DNA from: an uncultured Eubacteriales bacterium
Lineage (GTDB): Bacteria > Bacillota_I > Bacilli_A > Acholeplasmatales > Anaeroplasmataceae
Assembly: GCA_963628445.1 (NCBI GenBank)
Contig: CAVGEZ010000092.1
Location: forward strand, 10,634 to 74,633
Direction of reading: 5' to 3'
Length of the DNA stretch: 64,000 nucleotides
Under the pieces are notes generated by a model that worked only from the letters and a program-made list of their open reading frames with translations, did no database searches and had not been told where the DNA came from. This document shows, one piece after another, positions 1-11,747 of the stretch (position 1 is its first letter; every line of letters starts with the position of its first letter). The position numbers and the translations under genes were made by a program.

Positions 1-3000
1 TGCGCTATCTGTCCAGAATATGACATAAATAGTCCATATTATAATACATTGTTCTGTGGCGATGAATATGTAGTAGAATAGACTTCAAAGGACACACCTC
101 TACATCAGGACTCTGGGGAAGCTAGACATTTCCATGCTGACGATATAAATTGTAAGAGTACTGGAATTTCTTATAGAACAAAGATAGTTGGAGTTGAAGA
201 TAATGTCAAATTAATAGAAGTTGGTGATAAAACTTTTTCAGCAAGAGCTGGAGAAGCCGAAGAGGCTTTTCGATATGAATACCTAAATTAGGAAATTAAA
301 TCCACTGACGCTACCAATCTTATAAGAGGTTCATTTGGTCCCTATTTAGCTCTTGACGGCTATGAGTATCCAGGAACATTAATCAATATATATATAAAGG
401 ATTATTAGACAATGAGTAAATAGGAGTTATTTAAACTTCGATATGTAGATAAATCTCCTTTTTATGCAATATCTTATAGATATGATATTTTGGATAATCC
501 GTCAGAATACCTATTATATAGAGGAGATACTTATATATGTACTTTTACTCATAGATTAAATAGAAATTTTCAAGACCCACAGGCACCTATTAATGATAAG
601 ATAGTAGATGAAAATTGCTGGAAAGATCATTATAAAGTAACTGATGGTGTTGTAAAAACAGAAAATTTTGAGAAAATAAACTTAGGAGATGTTAATGCTA
701 TAAAAATGGGATTATGGGTAACATTCCCATTAATATCTTCTAGTAACTTAAATATTAGAGCTTTAGATTCGTCTATTACTGATGAAGTTTCTTTAACAGG
801 GCATCCACGAACTTTTTATCCATATTCTGGAATGTCAGCTGATGGGTCATTTAAAGTACCTGAAGCTTTATGTTTTAATAAAGGATTTAATAAATCTTTA
901 TCGGAACGATATAATTTTGAAGTTCCCGATGTCCCTGCTATTAAAAATGATTTTACCAATAGAATTGCATATTCGGATATACATGTAAATGATGCTTTTA
1001 AAAATGGTTTTAGAACTTTTAAAGGAACACATTACCGAGATTATCCTAAAACTTATGGGTAGATAACTAAATTGGTAGAACTACGTGGTGGTTTACTTTG
1101 TGTATTTGAACATGGAATTGCCTATATTTCGGTAAATGAAAGAGCAGTTGCAGGAGAAGGTACTGGTGGAAATATCTATATTAACACCTCTAACGTGCTT
1201 CCAGAGAATCCAAAAATTATTTCTGATACATTTGGTAGTCAGTGGAAAGATTCTATTATAAAGACTCCTATGGCTGTCTATGGTGTAGATACTATAGGAA
1301 AGAAAATTTGGAAAACTAATGGAGAGGATTTTGAATGTATTTCAGATTTCCAAGTACAAGAATTTTTAAATAATAATATATCTTTATCAGAAAGAGAAAC
1401 TGAACCTGTTATAGGTATTAGAAATGTCAAGACCCATTATAATAGATTTAAATAGGATGTAATGTTTACTTTCTATGACAATTTATATGGGTTTGAAGAA
1501 AAAGTTTGGAACTTATGTTATAATGAGCTTATGCAAAAATGGATAACATTCTATAGCTGGGTTCCTAGTTATTCTGAAAATATATACAACCAATATTTTA
1601 GTTTTGATAGAAATACTTCTAAATACATTGCTAAATTAGGAGTTAGTAAAAAGAATAACGATTTTTCAGATGGAATAGTCCTAACTGCAAATACAATTCC
1701 AAATGACGCAAAAGTAGGTTATAAAATTGGTGAATTTGATTTAGTAAATAGAACTTTACCTTCAGGAAATAATATAGAATATAATTTAAGTTTTTCTTTA
1801 GAAAGAGATAATCTTAAAAATAATGAGTTATTTGGAATAGATTATGATAGTACTTCTAAAAAATGGTATCTATATTTAAAAACAGATGCTTGGAAATTAT
1901 GTTCTGAGTTGTATAAAAGAACTGTATCATTGGGGGATGAAACTAAGATAATAGATAATCCTAATAATCAATTAGAGTTTTGGAAAGATCAGTGTGTTTT
2001 AAACAATAACAGTAAAATTTATAAGGAAGAAGGTAAACGTGTATTCCTAGACAATGGAATAAATATTGATAAATTAGTTTATCTATTGAATGTAAAAGCT
2101 AATATTACTGTTACTTATAAAGGACAATCCTAGAGTGCTGTGGAAGCCTATTAGGATGGATATACCAATAATTTAAAAGTAAATGCTGGTTATTATCAAT
2201 CTGTTATTGCTGTAATTCCTCAATATAATATTCAATTCTTATCTACAGATTTCTGGAAACATGGTAGAGCAGGAATTATAGATATTGCTGATAAAATTTA
2301 TCCGTGCTATTGGTATGGTAAACAGCATCCTTTTGAGTTTGAATTTGTAGTTGCAGAAAATCCATCAATACATAAGATATTTGATAATTTAGAAATTATA
2401 AGTAACAGTGCAGAACCAGAATCCTTCCACTATGAAATAATCGGAGACAGCTATGATTTTGCCAAAGATAAAAAGAATATGTATATTCGACAGGAAGCTA
2501 CTAAAGAACTATATTAGTATAATGGTAGTGATATTACTTATGATAAAAATTATTCAGAATTATCTTCAGAGCACAGACATAATTACACTATAAAAGATGG
2601 TTAGAAAGTAGAACTTGATAGTTATGATAGGTCCACTTTGATGCCTTTATATTATAACAGAACTACTAGCATAAATAATATAGAGGACTATTACCATAGT
2701 AAGGACGGTAGTTCTGTTGGTAAAGATTTTTCTGCTTTATCAGGGGGTGAAATTACTCATTACGATGCCTTAAAAGAGTATCGTATTTGGAATCATGCTA
2801 AGGCAGTTGATATAACAGATCCAGAGAAAGGAAGAATTAGAGGAAACATGCATTACCAAGAAGATAAATGGAAAGTACAAATTAACCCAATAAATATAGT
2901 TCAATAGAACGAAAGTTAGTGGAAAGATTTAGACGGAAATAATACAGATAATATTCCTGTAGAATTAAATCAAAATCCCACTCCAGATGATGTGTTAAAT

Positions 3001-3183
3001 AAAACATCTTTAGAAGTTCCAGAAAACTTTAATAGGGGATATGTTACTTGGAAGTGGGAAGATACTTAGATGAGAGAAGTAAAACTTAAAGATAAATGGA
3101 TTAAAATAAGAGTTAGATATAAAGGAGATAAATTAGCCATTATATCTGCTATTATAACATTATATAGTATAAGTTATTCATAA
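1..3183 (+). CDS. virion (tail-associated) structural protein, N-terminus outside window; TAG read as sense
   Basis: Frame 1 is open from base 1 to TAA 3181-3183 once 13 in-frame TAGs are read through. Track ORFs 490-1062, 1072-1455, 1462-2133 and 2638-2907 are consecutive pieces of this one frame. I found no TAA/TGA in the gaps (checked codon by codon). Function is inferred only from its position at the head of the virion gene block. Confidence 0.7.
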
Positions 3184-5093
3184 TGGGAATAAGTTTTTCA
3201 AATTCTCCTTTATCTACTATATTTCCTGATACAACTAATAGTTTTGATAGGGAGATAATTCCTAAAAACAATGCATTAGGCTTTTAGTTAGGATTATAGT
3301 TATCACAGTCTACTAATCCAGCTTCTGCATAGTGGGGGCAACAAATGGTAGATAATTCAATAGTAGGAGCTAGTAATCCTTATCAACCTGTGATAACTCC
3401 TATTCCAGACCAAACTAATCCTATATCCAATTATTTAACTTAGGGATTTAATTCTCTAAGTTAGATTGGATCTTAGATTGGAGGAAAAATTGGAACAGCT
3501 TTTAATCAAGCTGGTAAAATAGGCTCAAATATTAAACTCATTAAAGAAGCTAATTAGGCTGTTAAGAATGGAGAAGCAGGTGCTAAAACATTAAGAGCAG
3601 GGGCATGGGGAGCAGCAATAGGTGCTGGTTCTGATTTAATTGGATCCTTTATGCCTTAGAAATCAGAGTATGATGGAGTACATGGAGATATAACGTAGAC
3701 TATGGATTCAGTTTATGATGGAATTTCAGATGCAGCTGCTGCTTTTGGGCCTGTTGGAATGCTTGTTTCAGGAATAATGAAAGGAGGTGCTATGTTAGGT
3801 AAAGGTGTAAATGCTTTAGGTGGGGGTACCGATGCAATGACAAGTACAGATGCAATCTTAGGGAGTTCTTTTCTTAATTTAACACCTCTTGGATTAGTAA
3901 ATGGTTTTGGAGGTAAGAAATCTAATTCTTTTACTAAAGATAATGAAGCGTTTGCGCAAATAGGTTCTTCTTATACAGGTAGTTATAGAGATGCTAATAA
4001 TGCTCTTGCAAAAGCTAATAAGAAATATGGCTTGTTTAGTAGTAGTGCTAGGAGAAAAGCTAATAAATAGATAGCAGAAGCTCTAAGACAACAAAATATT
4101 ATTTCTGATATTGCTGATAATACTCAAGACCGTATGAACATTAAAACTGCTATGTCAGCTATAAATGGAAATAGGTATGGCTGGAATATGTAGGGAGGTT
4201 ATGATTAGACTGCTGTAAGATATGGTAAGTTAGGTATGAAAGCTAAATAGATTATAAGAGAGCTTCAATTAAATCCTATAGTTTAGTATAAAAAATCTGC
4301 TCCCAAAGATTGGGAGGTTGTTCCTAAATCAGGGAAACCTACATATCAAGTATGGGTAAAGGATGTTAATCCTGATTATATATCAAAATCGTATGATTTA
4401 GAAACAGCTTACAATACTTTACCTTATGCTGCGATGCAAAGGTGGAAATTTGCTGTAAATAGTAAGACTCCTAAGTATTATCTAGATTATCATGATGGAG
4501 ATTACTATCCATTCCATACAGGTTCAGTAGCCCCATTAGGAGATGATTACATATTTTTAAAGAAAGGTACTTTAGAAACTAATCCCGAATTAAAAGGGGA
4601 ATTAGATTTCTATAATAATGATAAAAATTTTAAAAATAATTATGACCTTTCTTATGAAGGGGACAGATACTACTATAGACGAAAAAAGAAGCATAAACTA
4701 GGAGGATCTATTATAAAACTAAATAGAGAGACAGTTATATCATTAACCGACCCTAACAGTATCCCTGAATTTTAGAATGGTGGTTCTTTTAATGTTATTC
4801 CTGAAGGTGCTTTACATGCCAGAAAGCATAACATGGAAACCGAAGGAATTACCGAAAAAGGTATTCCAGTTGTTAGTGATAAACCCGATGGAAAAGTAGA
4901 GTAGTAGGCTGAAATAGAGCGGGAAGAGTTGATTTTTAGACTTTCTGTTACTTAGAAATTGGAAAAATTAGAAAAGAAATATTATAGTGAAGATTCTTCT
5001 TAGAAAGAAAAAGATGAATATGCCCTAGAAGCAGGAAAATTAATTACTGAAGAAATATTACATAATACACAAGACAATGCAGGATTATTATAA
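3183..5093 (+). CDS. virion protein, 636 aa (Gly/Ala-rich central segment; NVIPEGALHARKHN segment); TAG read as sense
   Basis: ATG 3183 overlaps the previous TAA (TAATG). Frame 3 is open to TAA 5091-5093 with 19 in-frame TAGs and no TAA/TGA. It joins track ORFs 3702-4070 and 4434-4775. Confidence 0.75.
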
Positions 5094-5925
5094 TATACCT
5101 AAGTTTGGATTTGGTGGACTATTTGCGAAAGAATTATAGAAACAACTCCCCCAATTAGCTGGAAAAAGTCAGAAAGAAGTTATAGAAGTTTTTGGAAAGA
5201 TTATGAAAAAATTTGGAAATTCCAATGTAGCCAAACTTTTTAATAATGAAAATCTTACCCAAAGAGAGGCACAAAGATTAGCCAAGTCTGTTAATATTAT
5301 GAATGAAATGGTTAAGGATCCTAAAAGTGTGGATAATCTCATTAAGAATTTAGAGAATAATCCTAAACGTATGGAAAACCTAATTAAGAATTTAGCCAAA
5401 GCTTCTGAGAAAGAAACAACTGCAAATAAAGCTAAAGCTGTTGCTAAAAAAGCCTCTGATAAAGCTAAAGAAGTAGCTTCTGAGACTAAAGAAAAAGTTA
5501 CTTCTAAAATAAAAGAGGTTGCCGAAAAGACTAAAGACACTTTAACAAACAATTTCTTTACAAGACACCCCTATCTATCAGGAGGAATTGCTTTAGGTCT
5601 TAGTAATGGAACAGTTAGAGAAGGATTGGGAAACGTTGTTAAATATTGGACTACTCCTGTTAATAAATGGGATCAATTAAGTAGTCCTACTAATACTTCA
5701 AATTAGGAATTTTTGTTTATGAATGGTACTAAAATCCCTCTTAAAAGAAATGCAGATGGTTTCTTTGTGCCTATTACAGATGAGGACAAAACCTCTACTA
5801 ATAGTGGTGATGCAGCTATTGATGCAGCAGTAAATGCAGTTAACAATAGTCCAGCCTCCGATAATTCTTATATTCCTAATAGTGGCTTTAATGACTTATT
5901 TGAAGGAGATCAATGGTTACAATAA
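5077..5925 (+). CDS. virion protein, 282 aa, Lys/Glu-rich; N-terminal PKFGFGG motif
   Basis: ATG 5077 in frame 1 lies 42 codons upstream of the track start (5203). That upstream stretch is coding-like and has one in-frame TAG (5137). A second TAG at 5704 joins ORFs 5203-5706 and 5713-5925. The gene ends at TAA 5923-5925. Confidence 0.65.
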
Positions 5926-6491
5926 CAATTGGTAATAAAACTTACAAAGTAAAAGAAGCTAAAACTGACGAGGAAAAAACAAAAGGACTACAAGGTATTG
6001 ATCATTTACCCAAAGATGAAGGAATGTTATTTTACTTTGACCCAGATGAAAAAAATTCAATTTGGATGAAAGATACAAAAATTCCTTTAGATATAATCTT
6101 TATTAATGATGATCAAGAAGTTACCAAAGTTCACAGAGGTGAACCAAACGATGAATCTTTAATAACATCTCCAGAGACGGCTTATGTTCTAGAAGTCAAT
6201 GTTGATTCTGGAATAAAAAAGGGAGACGAATTAGAAATAGATGACGGTAAAGAACCTGTTATGAAAGTTTTAGCTTAGGATGGTAGTACTTAGATGTAGT
6301 TATGGGGAGGGGAAAGAATTGTTAGTAGAAGAGAAACTAAAATACTAATCAAGAAAGCTAAAGCAGCAGAAGCTGCAAAGGATACTCCTCAATTTGAAAA
6401 TAAATGTAGATCTCTTGGTAAATATATGTTTAAGGTTATTAAAGGTTAGGATACAAGACCTAATGAGTATGTAGAAAACAAAAATGCATAA
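5913..6491 (+). CDS. DUF192-like protein, 192 aa
   Basis: Track ORF 5913-6278 continues through 4 TAGs to TAA 6489-6491. The pattern GLQG...GMLFYF...IWMKDTKIPLDIIFI...YVLEV matches what I remember of DUF192/COG1430. Confidence 0.6.
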
Positions 6492-6570
6492 ATATCTTAA
6501 ATAATTTTCTTTTTTAGAAAATAAAGTTTATATTTACTTCAAACCGTGTTATTTTTAATTATATATAATT

Positions 6571-6891
6571 ATGAAAATTACTTACAAAAACGCAGCAAAA
6601 TTAACTAAGAAATTTTAGGCAGGAGGTCCTGTTGAACCAGCAGACCAACCTGTAGTAGAGCAGGCTCCTGAAGAAATGGAAGGTGCTCCTGAAGAACAAG
6701 CTCCTCAAGACCCTATGATGCAATTGGTGGAGATTTTTAGTCAAGGTTTGCAAAATCAAGACTGTCAAGCTCTTGCACAAGGTGCTCAGATGTTTTTACA
6801 ACTTGTTCAACAAGCACAGGAAGGTGCAGAACCACAAGGAGAACCCGTTTATCGAAAAGGTGGTAAGCTTGCTTATAAGATTAAGAAATAA
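6571..6891 (+). CDS. small Gln/Glu/Pro-rich virion-module protein, 106 aa
   Basis: ATG 6571 follows an 80-nt AT-rich spacer. There is one in-frame TAG (6616, inside KF-Q-AGG). The gene ends in a double TAA at 6889-6894 and is followed by a strong hairpin terminator. Confidence 0.7.
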
Positions 6892-6906
6892 TAAAACTCA
6901 TTTTAT

Positions 6907-6946
6907 GGAGGAAGTGGAGATAATCAACTCCTCTTCCTCTTTTTTG
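6907..6946 (+). terminator. rho-independent terminator
   Basis: Stem GAGGAAGTGGAG (6908-6919) pairs with CTCCTCTTCCTC (6928-6939) with one mismatch. The loop is 8 nt and is followed by TTTTTT (6940-6945). Confidence 0.75.
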
Positions 6947-6951
6947 TTTAT

Positions 6952-9852
6952 ATGGCAGAAGAAATACAACAATAGGTAGCAACACCTATACTATATAGCT
7001 TTTATGGAAAGCAATACGATTATAATGATCTAGCCAAAGCTGCAGATCAAGGACTATCAGATTATTTAAATACTTTAAAAAGAGGTTCTAAAGATTCCGA
7101 GGAATTTAGAACAGCTTATAATGATATTATGAGTGGTATTAAGGATGGAACTATTACTTTTGCTGATGGTTCATTCCATGATTCCCAAGGAAGATATACA
7201 AACTCAGATGAAAAATATAGAGATTATTATGGCTTGATAGCCAATTATATTTACAATTAGATGGGGAAGTCTAATGAGTATAAAGCCCCTGAGGATTCTA
7301 CAAAAATTAAATGGAGCAATAATAGTGTAAGAACAGCACTAATGAGACAACTATTTAATAGTGATACTGCTAGAGTACAAGATTTTCTTGATTTAGATGA
7401 AGAAAAAGATGGTGTTCGCGGTATTACTAATAGGGCTTCTTACTTATCTAATGCATTACAACGTGTTGCTGATAACTGGGATTCTACTTTCCAAGGCTAT
7501 CAAGATTCTGATAAAACTAGATACGTAGAATTACTTACTAAAGCTGCTCAAGCTTTACACGATGGTACTATTGATCCCGGAGATTATCTTGCATTAGGTA
7601 ATGCTATAGGAGGGGTTGATTTCCGTGAATTAATGGCTACAGGAACACCTAAACAGTAGATAGTAGAACAATAGCCTACTACTAAAACTACTGAACAAGT
7701 AGTAGAATAGCCTAAGTTAAAACACACTGTATTAACAGTTAAAAATCCAGTAGCAGCTTAGAAAGCAGCAGCACTTATGCAAAGAATACCTACACAAGGT
7801 TTGATTAATATTCTTAAAAATAGTTTTTACAATTAGAAATATACTTTTGGAAATGACTCAAGAATATATTCTATTTTTAAAACCAATAAGATTACAAATA
7901 GATTTGGAGTTACCGCTACTTTGAATGCTTTATATGCACAAGGAAAGCTTTAGCTCGCAGACCCCTCTAATCCTAATCTTTACTATATTCCAGGATTACG
8001 TACTAAACGAGGAACGGGTTGGGTTTGGGATAAAGCCAACAACACTGTTACAGAAATGATGTTGTAGAATATTCCGTATGCTGCACAACGTTTACAATAG
8101 GTAGCAGTAAATAAACGAGGAGGAATTTTGAAGGCTTCCTCTGGTGCTCAATTACCTTGGTATAGTGGTATAACTGATTATAATCCTACTGGATATAAAA
8201 CAGCCTACGGTTCTACTTTATATGGAATAAACAACAACGGTGTTTATGAAAGAGCTTACGATAATAGTGGTGCTGGTTCTATCGACTCTCGATATAAAAC
8301 TGATTCAGATTACAGCGATTACGGAGAAAAAGGAAAATGGTATGCTACAGAGGTAGAAAAATAGAATTATTTTAAAAATTTTACCAAAGCTCTCCAAGAT
8401 GCCGCTGATATATATCAAAACGCTTAGGATAAATCTACATTAAATGATAGTAACAACCTATTTTTAAGATGGGCACATGCTGTAGATAAAAGTTTGCCAT
8501 CTGGTTCTACTGCTACTTTCTTTGATAATAATGGTGCTTTAAGAACTTCTTGGGGAGCAACTAATAATGATTCTTATGGCAGAGCAGCTGGCCCAGCAAC
8601 TTCTAAATTATCTGATTACATTTATAAAGTAAGAAATGATTAGTTGCTGTCTAATAGACATAATGATCTACTCTTAGAAGGAAGTCGTTATTTCTATACC
8701 GATTCTTAGGGGAATAAACACTGGGTAGATCCAGAAGTTGCTAAGAAATACAGAATAGGTAACGGAGTAGAACGTATTGAAGGTAATACTCGGTGGACTG
8801 ACTTTGAAATTTTTGGAAACCAAACTCCACAAGGAGCTAGTACAAATTCTCCGCAAGGTGGTAATACAAGCTCTCTACAAGGTACTAATATAAACCCTAA
8901 AAAAGAAATTAATAAATAGAGTTGGATAGAAAAAAATGGAGAACGATTATTAGAAAAAGCAGCCCCTTTAGCATTAAGTACTACTAGGTTATTTGATTCT
9001 TTACACACTAATAATAAAGTAGCTGACATAATGAAAAAAGCTACTACTCCTGTTCTGAAAAATACTTATGAGTTATACTCTCCTGTTACTGGTGCGTTTA
9101 GTGAAATGCAGCTTAGGGAAAATCAAGCCGCTGATGTAAGAAGGTTTGGTAATCAACCTTATACTTCAGATGCTTCTTTAAATGCTGCAAGATCTCTTGA
9201 TGCAAATAGACAAGCAACAGACCTAGAACGCCAAGGCTTTATTGCAGATGATAATGAGATTAAGAGAACAAAAGCAGAAGCACTTGCTAGACAAGAAAAC
9301 AATATTGCTAGACGTACGGAAGTAGCTAATGTTAATAGAGCTGCAATTAATGCTTCTGACAAGGAAAAAGCTTATATAGAGGCAGAGAGACTTAATAAAA
9401 ACTGGCAATCTAGAGATAATTATCTAGGAGGAATTGAATCAGATATTAAACAAAGAATTGCTCAAAAAGAAGCAAATAGAGAGTATAATAGGAAACGTAA
9501 GCTTAGTATTGAAGAGTCTGGGTTTAGTGCTGATTTAGACTATGAAAAATAGGTATTATAGAATAAGTTCTTGGATTTGGAGAATGAGATTAAACTCGAT
9601 CTTTAGAACAAGATTCAAGAGTTTACTAAAGGTGAAGATAAGTATTATTATGACCAACCTTTCTATAAGGAAGCTATGGAAAAACTTAGATAGTTAAGAG
9701 ACCAAAAATTAAAGGAAGAACATGAGCTTACAAAAAGACATAGTATATTAACTTCTGATTATATAAAAGGTTTATATGATAAAATGGATAGTAGTTCTTT
9801 ATTTAGAAAAGGTGGTAGCCTTAAAATGATTAATAAAATATTAAATAAATGA
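6952..9852 (+). CDS. large virion/cargo protein, 966 aa; TAG read as sense
   Basis: ATG 6952. Frame 1 is open to TGA 9850-9852 with 19 in-frame TAGs. All gaps between track ORFs 7261-7659, 8128-8364 and 9031-9552 were checked and contain only TAG. Confidence 0.8.
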
Positions 9853-11744
9853 AGATAACACCTAAATTTCAATAGGGAGGGAATTTTTCCTCCCTTTTTA
9901 CTACTTATTAGGCTGTTAGGGTACCTCAAGTACAAGCTCCTATGAAAGTATCTGATGATCAATCTATTTCGGTTAAATCAAAAGCTGCAAAAGAATCAGA
10001 TTCAGATGATACTAAAGGAAAATTAACAGAGAAAGATCTATACACAATGATAAAAGATATAAATGGATTACCTAACGAGATGAAAAAGATTGTATCTAAT
10101 TTAAAAAACACTTTAGCATATTCTAATTTACAAGGGGTTGATACAGGAGAACTTTCTAATATTTACTTAAATAGTTTATATAAACTAAAAGTGGCTAATG
10201 ACAATAAAGCAAAATTCGATGAAGCTGTAAAAGCTTCCAAAACTAATGGTAGTTTAGGAGAAGTTGCAATATCTATGTCAGGTAAATTATTATCTACAGA
10301 TAAAGATGGTTAGATTTCTGAAGTCTCTGTAGAGCAGTATTATAGTAATCCTGAACAATACAATTTACTAACTAATTCTAATCTCGCTTGGTTACGTAAA
10401 TATTCTCCGAATATGGCTTTTTAGCAAAGTGATAGTGCTTTTGAGATTATCAATAATGGAATGGGTTATGAATCTTTTCAAGCTCTTCTAGATAAGTCAA
10501 AAACAGCTTTAGGTAACTATAAATACGAAGAAACAGGTGTAGTTGGTAAAGAAGCTTTACTTGGTTTGAAAACTTTACAGGGATTAAGTAAAGAATAGCA
10601 AGAGAAGTATATAAAAGGAGCTTTAGAAGGAAAATATAAATACACTAGTTCTACTGATTCTAACGCTCAATAGATACAAGCTTTAATTAATTATCTTACT
10701 GTAAGTTTACCTAAACGTGCTAAAGTCTGGGCTTCAATTAAAACAGGTATAGCCAATGAAAACAAAGCTACACAAGCTTTAGTAGGTCAATACTTGTCTG
10801 GACAACTTAAATCAGATTCTACATATACTGTAGATTATCTTGGTACTGAAGAAAAATTAAAGAAAGCTAGTAATAGCAGTAGTGGTGGAAGTGATACTAA
10901 AGAAGGTTTCTGGGCACAACTACAATCTGGAAAAGCAGGGGATGAATCAAAATCTACTATTCTTATTGGTAAAACTAACATGTCCGTTGATGGTAAGTAC
11001 TATGGAACAACTCCAGGGCTTGAAGAAAATAAATCACTCTCTAAATATATAGGAGATTCAAGAGTTGGTTATCTTATTTAGAATACTAATAATATAACTT
11101 TTGGAGACCAATCTATATCCCCTAGTGCATTTAAAGATATTATGGTAAATTCTGGAGGAGGTGCTATTACTGCAACATTACCTGTAACACCAGATGGTAA
11201 GGTAGACTTTAAAGTACTTGATACTTATTCCAAAGTTGTAAGTAAACTAAAAGCATCTGGAGTTTCTATAGGCACTAGAGAATTTGAATAGAAGAAAGCT
11301 GAAGTGCTAAAGCAAATTGGACTAGGATATTTAGTTGATGCAGCTAATGGGACTATTAATACAAGATATTTTAGATAGTTCTTAATATTAGAGGGAATTA
11401 CTAGCAATAAAGCATTTGGAGAAGTTGATGGTAAAAAGCAAGAGATTAATGGAGCTTCCGAGTTCATTAAAGATGTTTCAAGTGATGATGATTTATTTGG
11501 AACTGTGGAGAAAGCTCTCTCCGATAAAGATAATCCTTATAAATTAGATCATAATTGGATTTCCTTTAATAATAATAAATTATATAAAGGTAACATTTAT
11601 ATACCTCTTAATACTAATACTCTTAATGCAATGAACGCTGATAAAAATGATGTTAAAGCAGGAGAATCTTAGGAATTTGAGAAAAAGCAATAGGAGTGGA
11701 GTAAACGAGAAGAAATGTAGGATACTGGATCTGATAAATTATAA
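9849..11744 (+). CDS. virion/cargo protein, 631 aa (alternative start ATG 9942)
   Basis: ATG 9849 overlaps the TGA of the previous gene (ATGA). It gives MKITPKFQQGG..., which parallels MKITYKNAAKLTKKFQAGG of gene 6571-6891. Frame 3 is open to a double TAA at 11742-11747 with 12 TAGs. The start is uncertain because a terminator-like hairpin sits at 9874-9899. Confidence 0.6.
9874..9899 (+). terminator. terminator-like hairpin just after the 6952-9852 stop
   Basis: AGGGAGG (9874-9880) pairs with CCTCCCT (9889-9895). The loop is 8 nt and is followed by TTTTT. It overlaps the first codons of the 9849 start model, so it could be an attenuator or a coincidence of the GG codons. Confidence 0.35.
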
Positions 11745-11747
11745 TAA

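Noticed and set aside
5169-5552. Antisense ORFs within the + arm (5169-5552, 8674-9029, 9159-9408, 9759-9962, 11225-11467, 13974-14216, 16352-16576, 20300-20497, 21430-21615, 29373-29561, 30999-31211, 32702-32884, 37384-37614).
   Set aside because: They lie wholly inside the long sense-strand frames. They have low-complexity Leu/Ser/Phe/Ile composition typical of the reverse complement of Lys/Glu-rich genes.
6773-6979. Track ORF of 68 aa in frame 2, overlapping gene 6571-6891 and the terminator.
   Set aside because: It runs through a strong hairpin terminator and overlaps a better-supported frame. Its composition is not protein-like.
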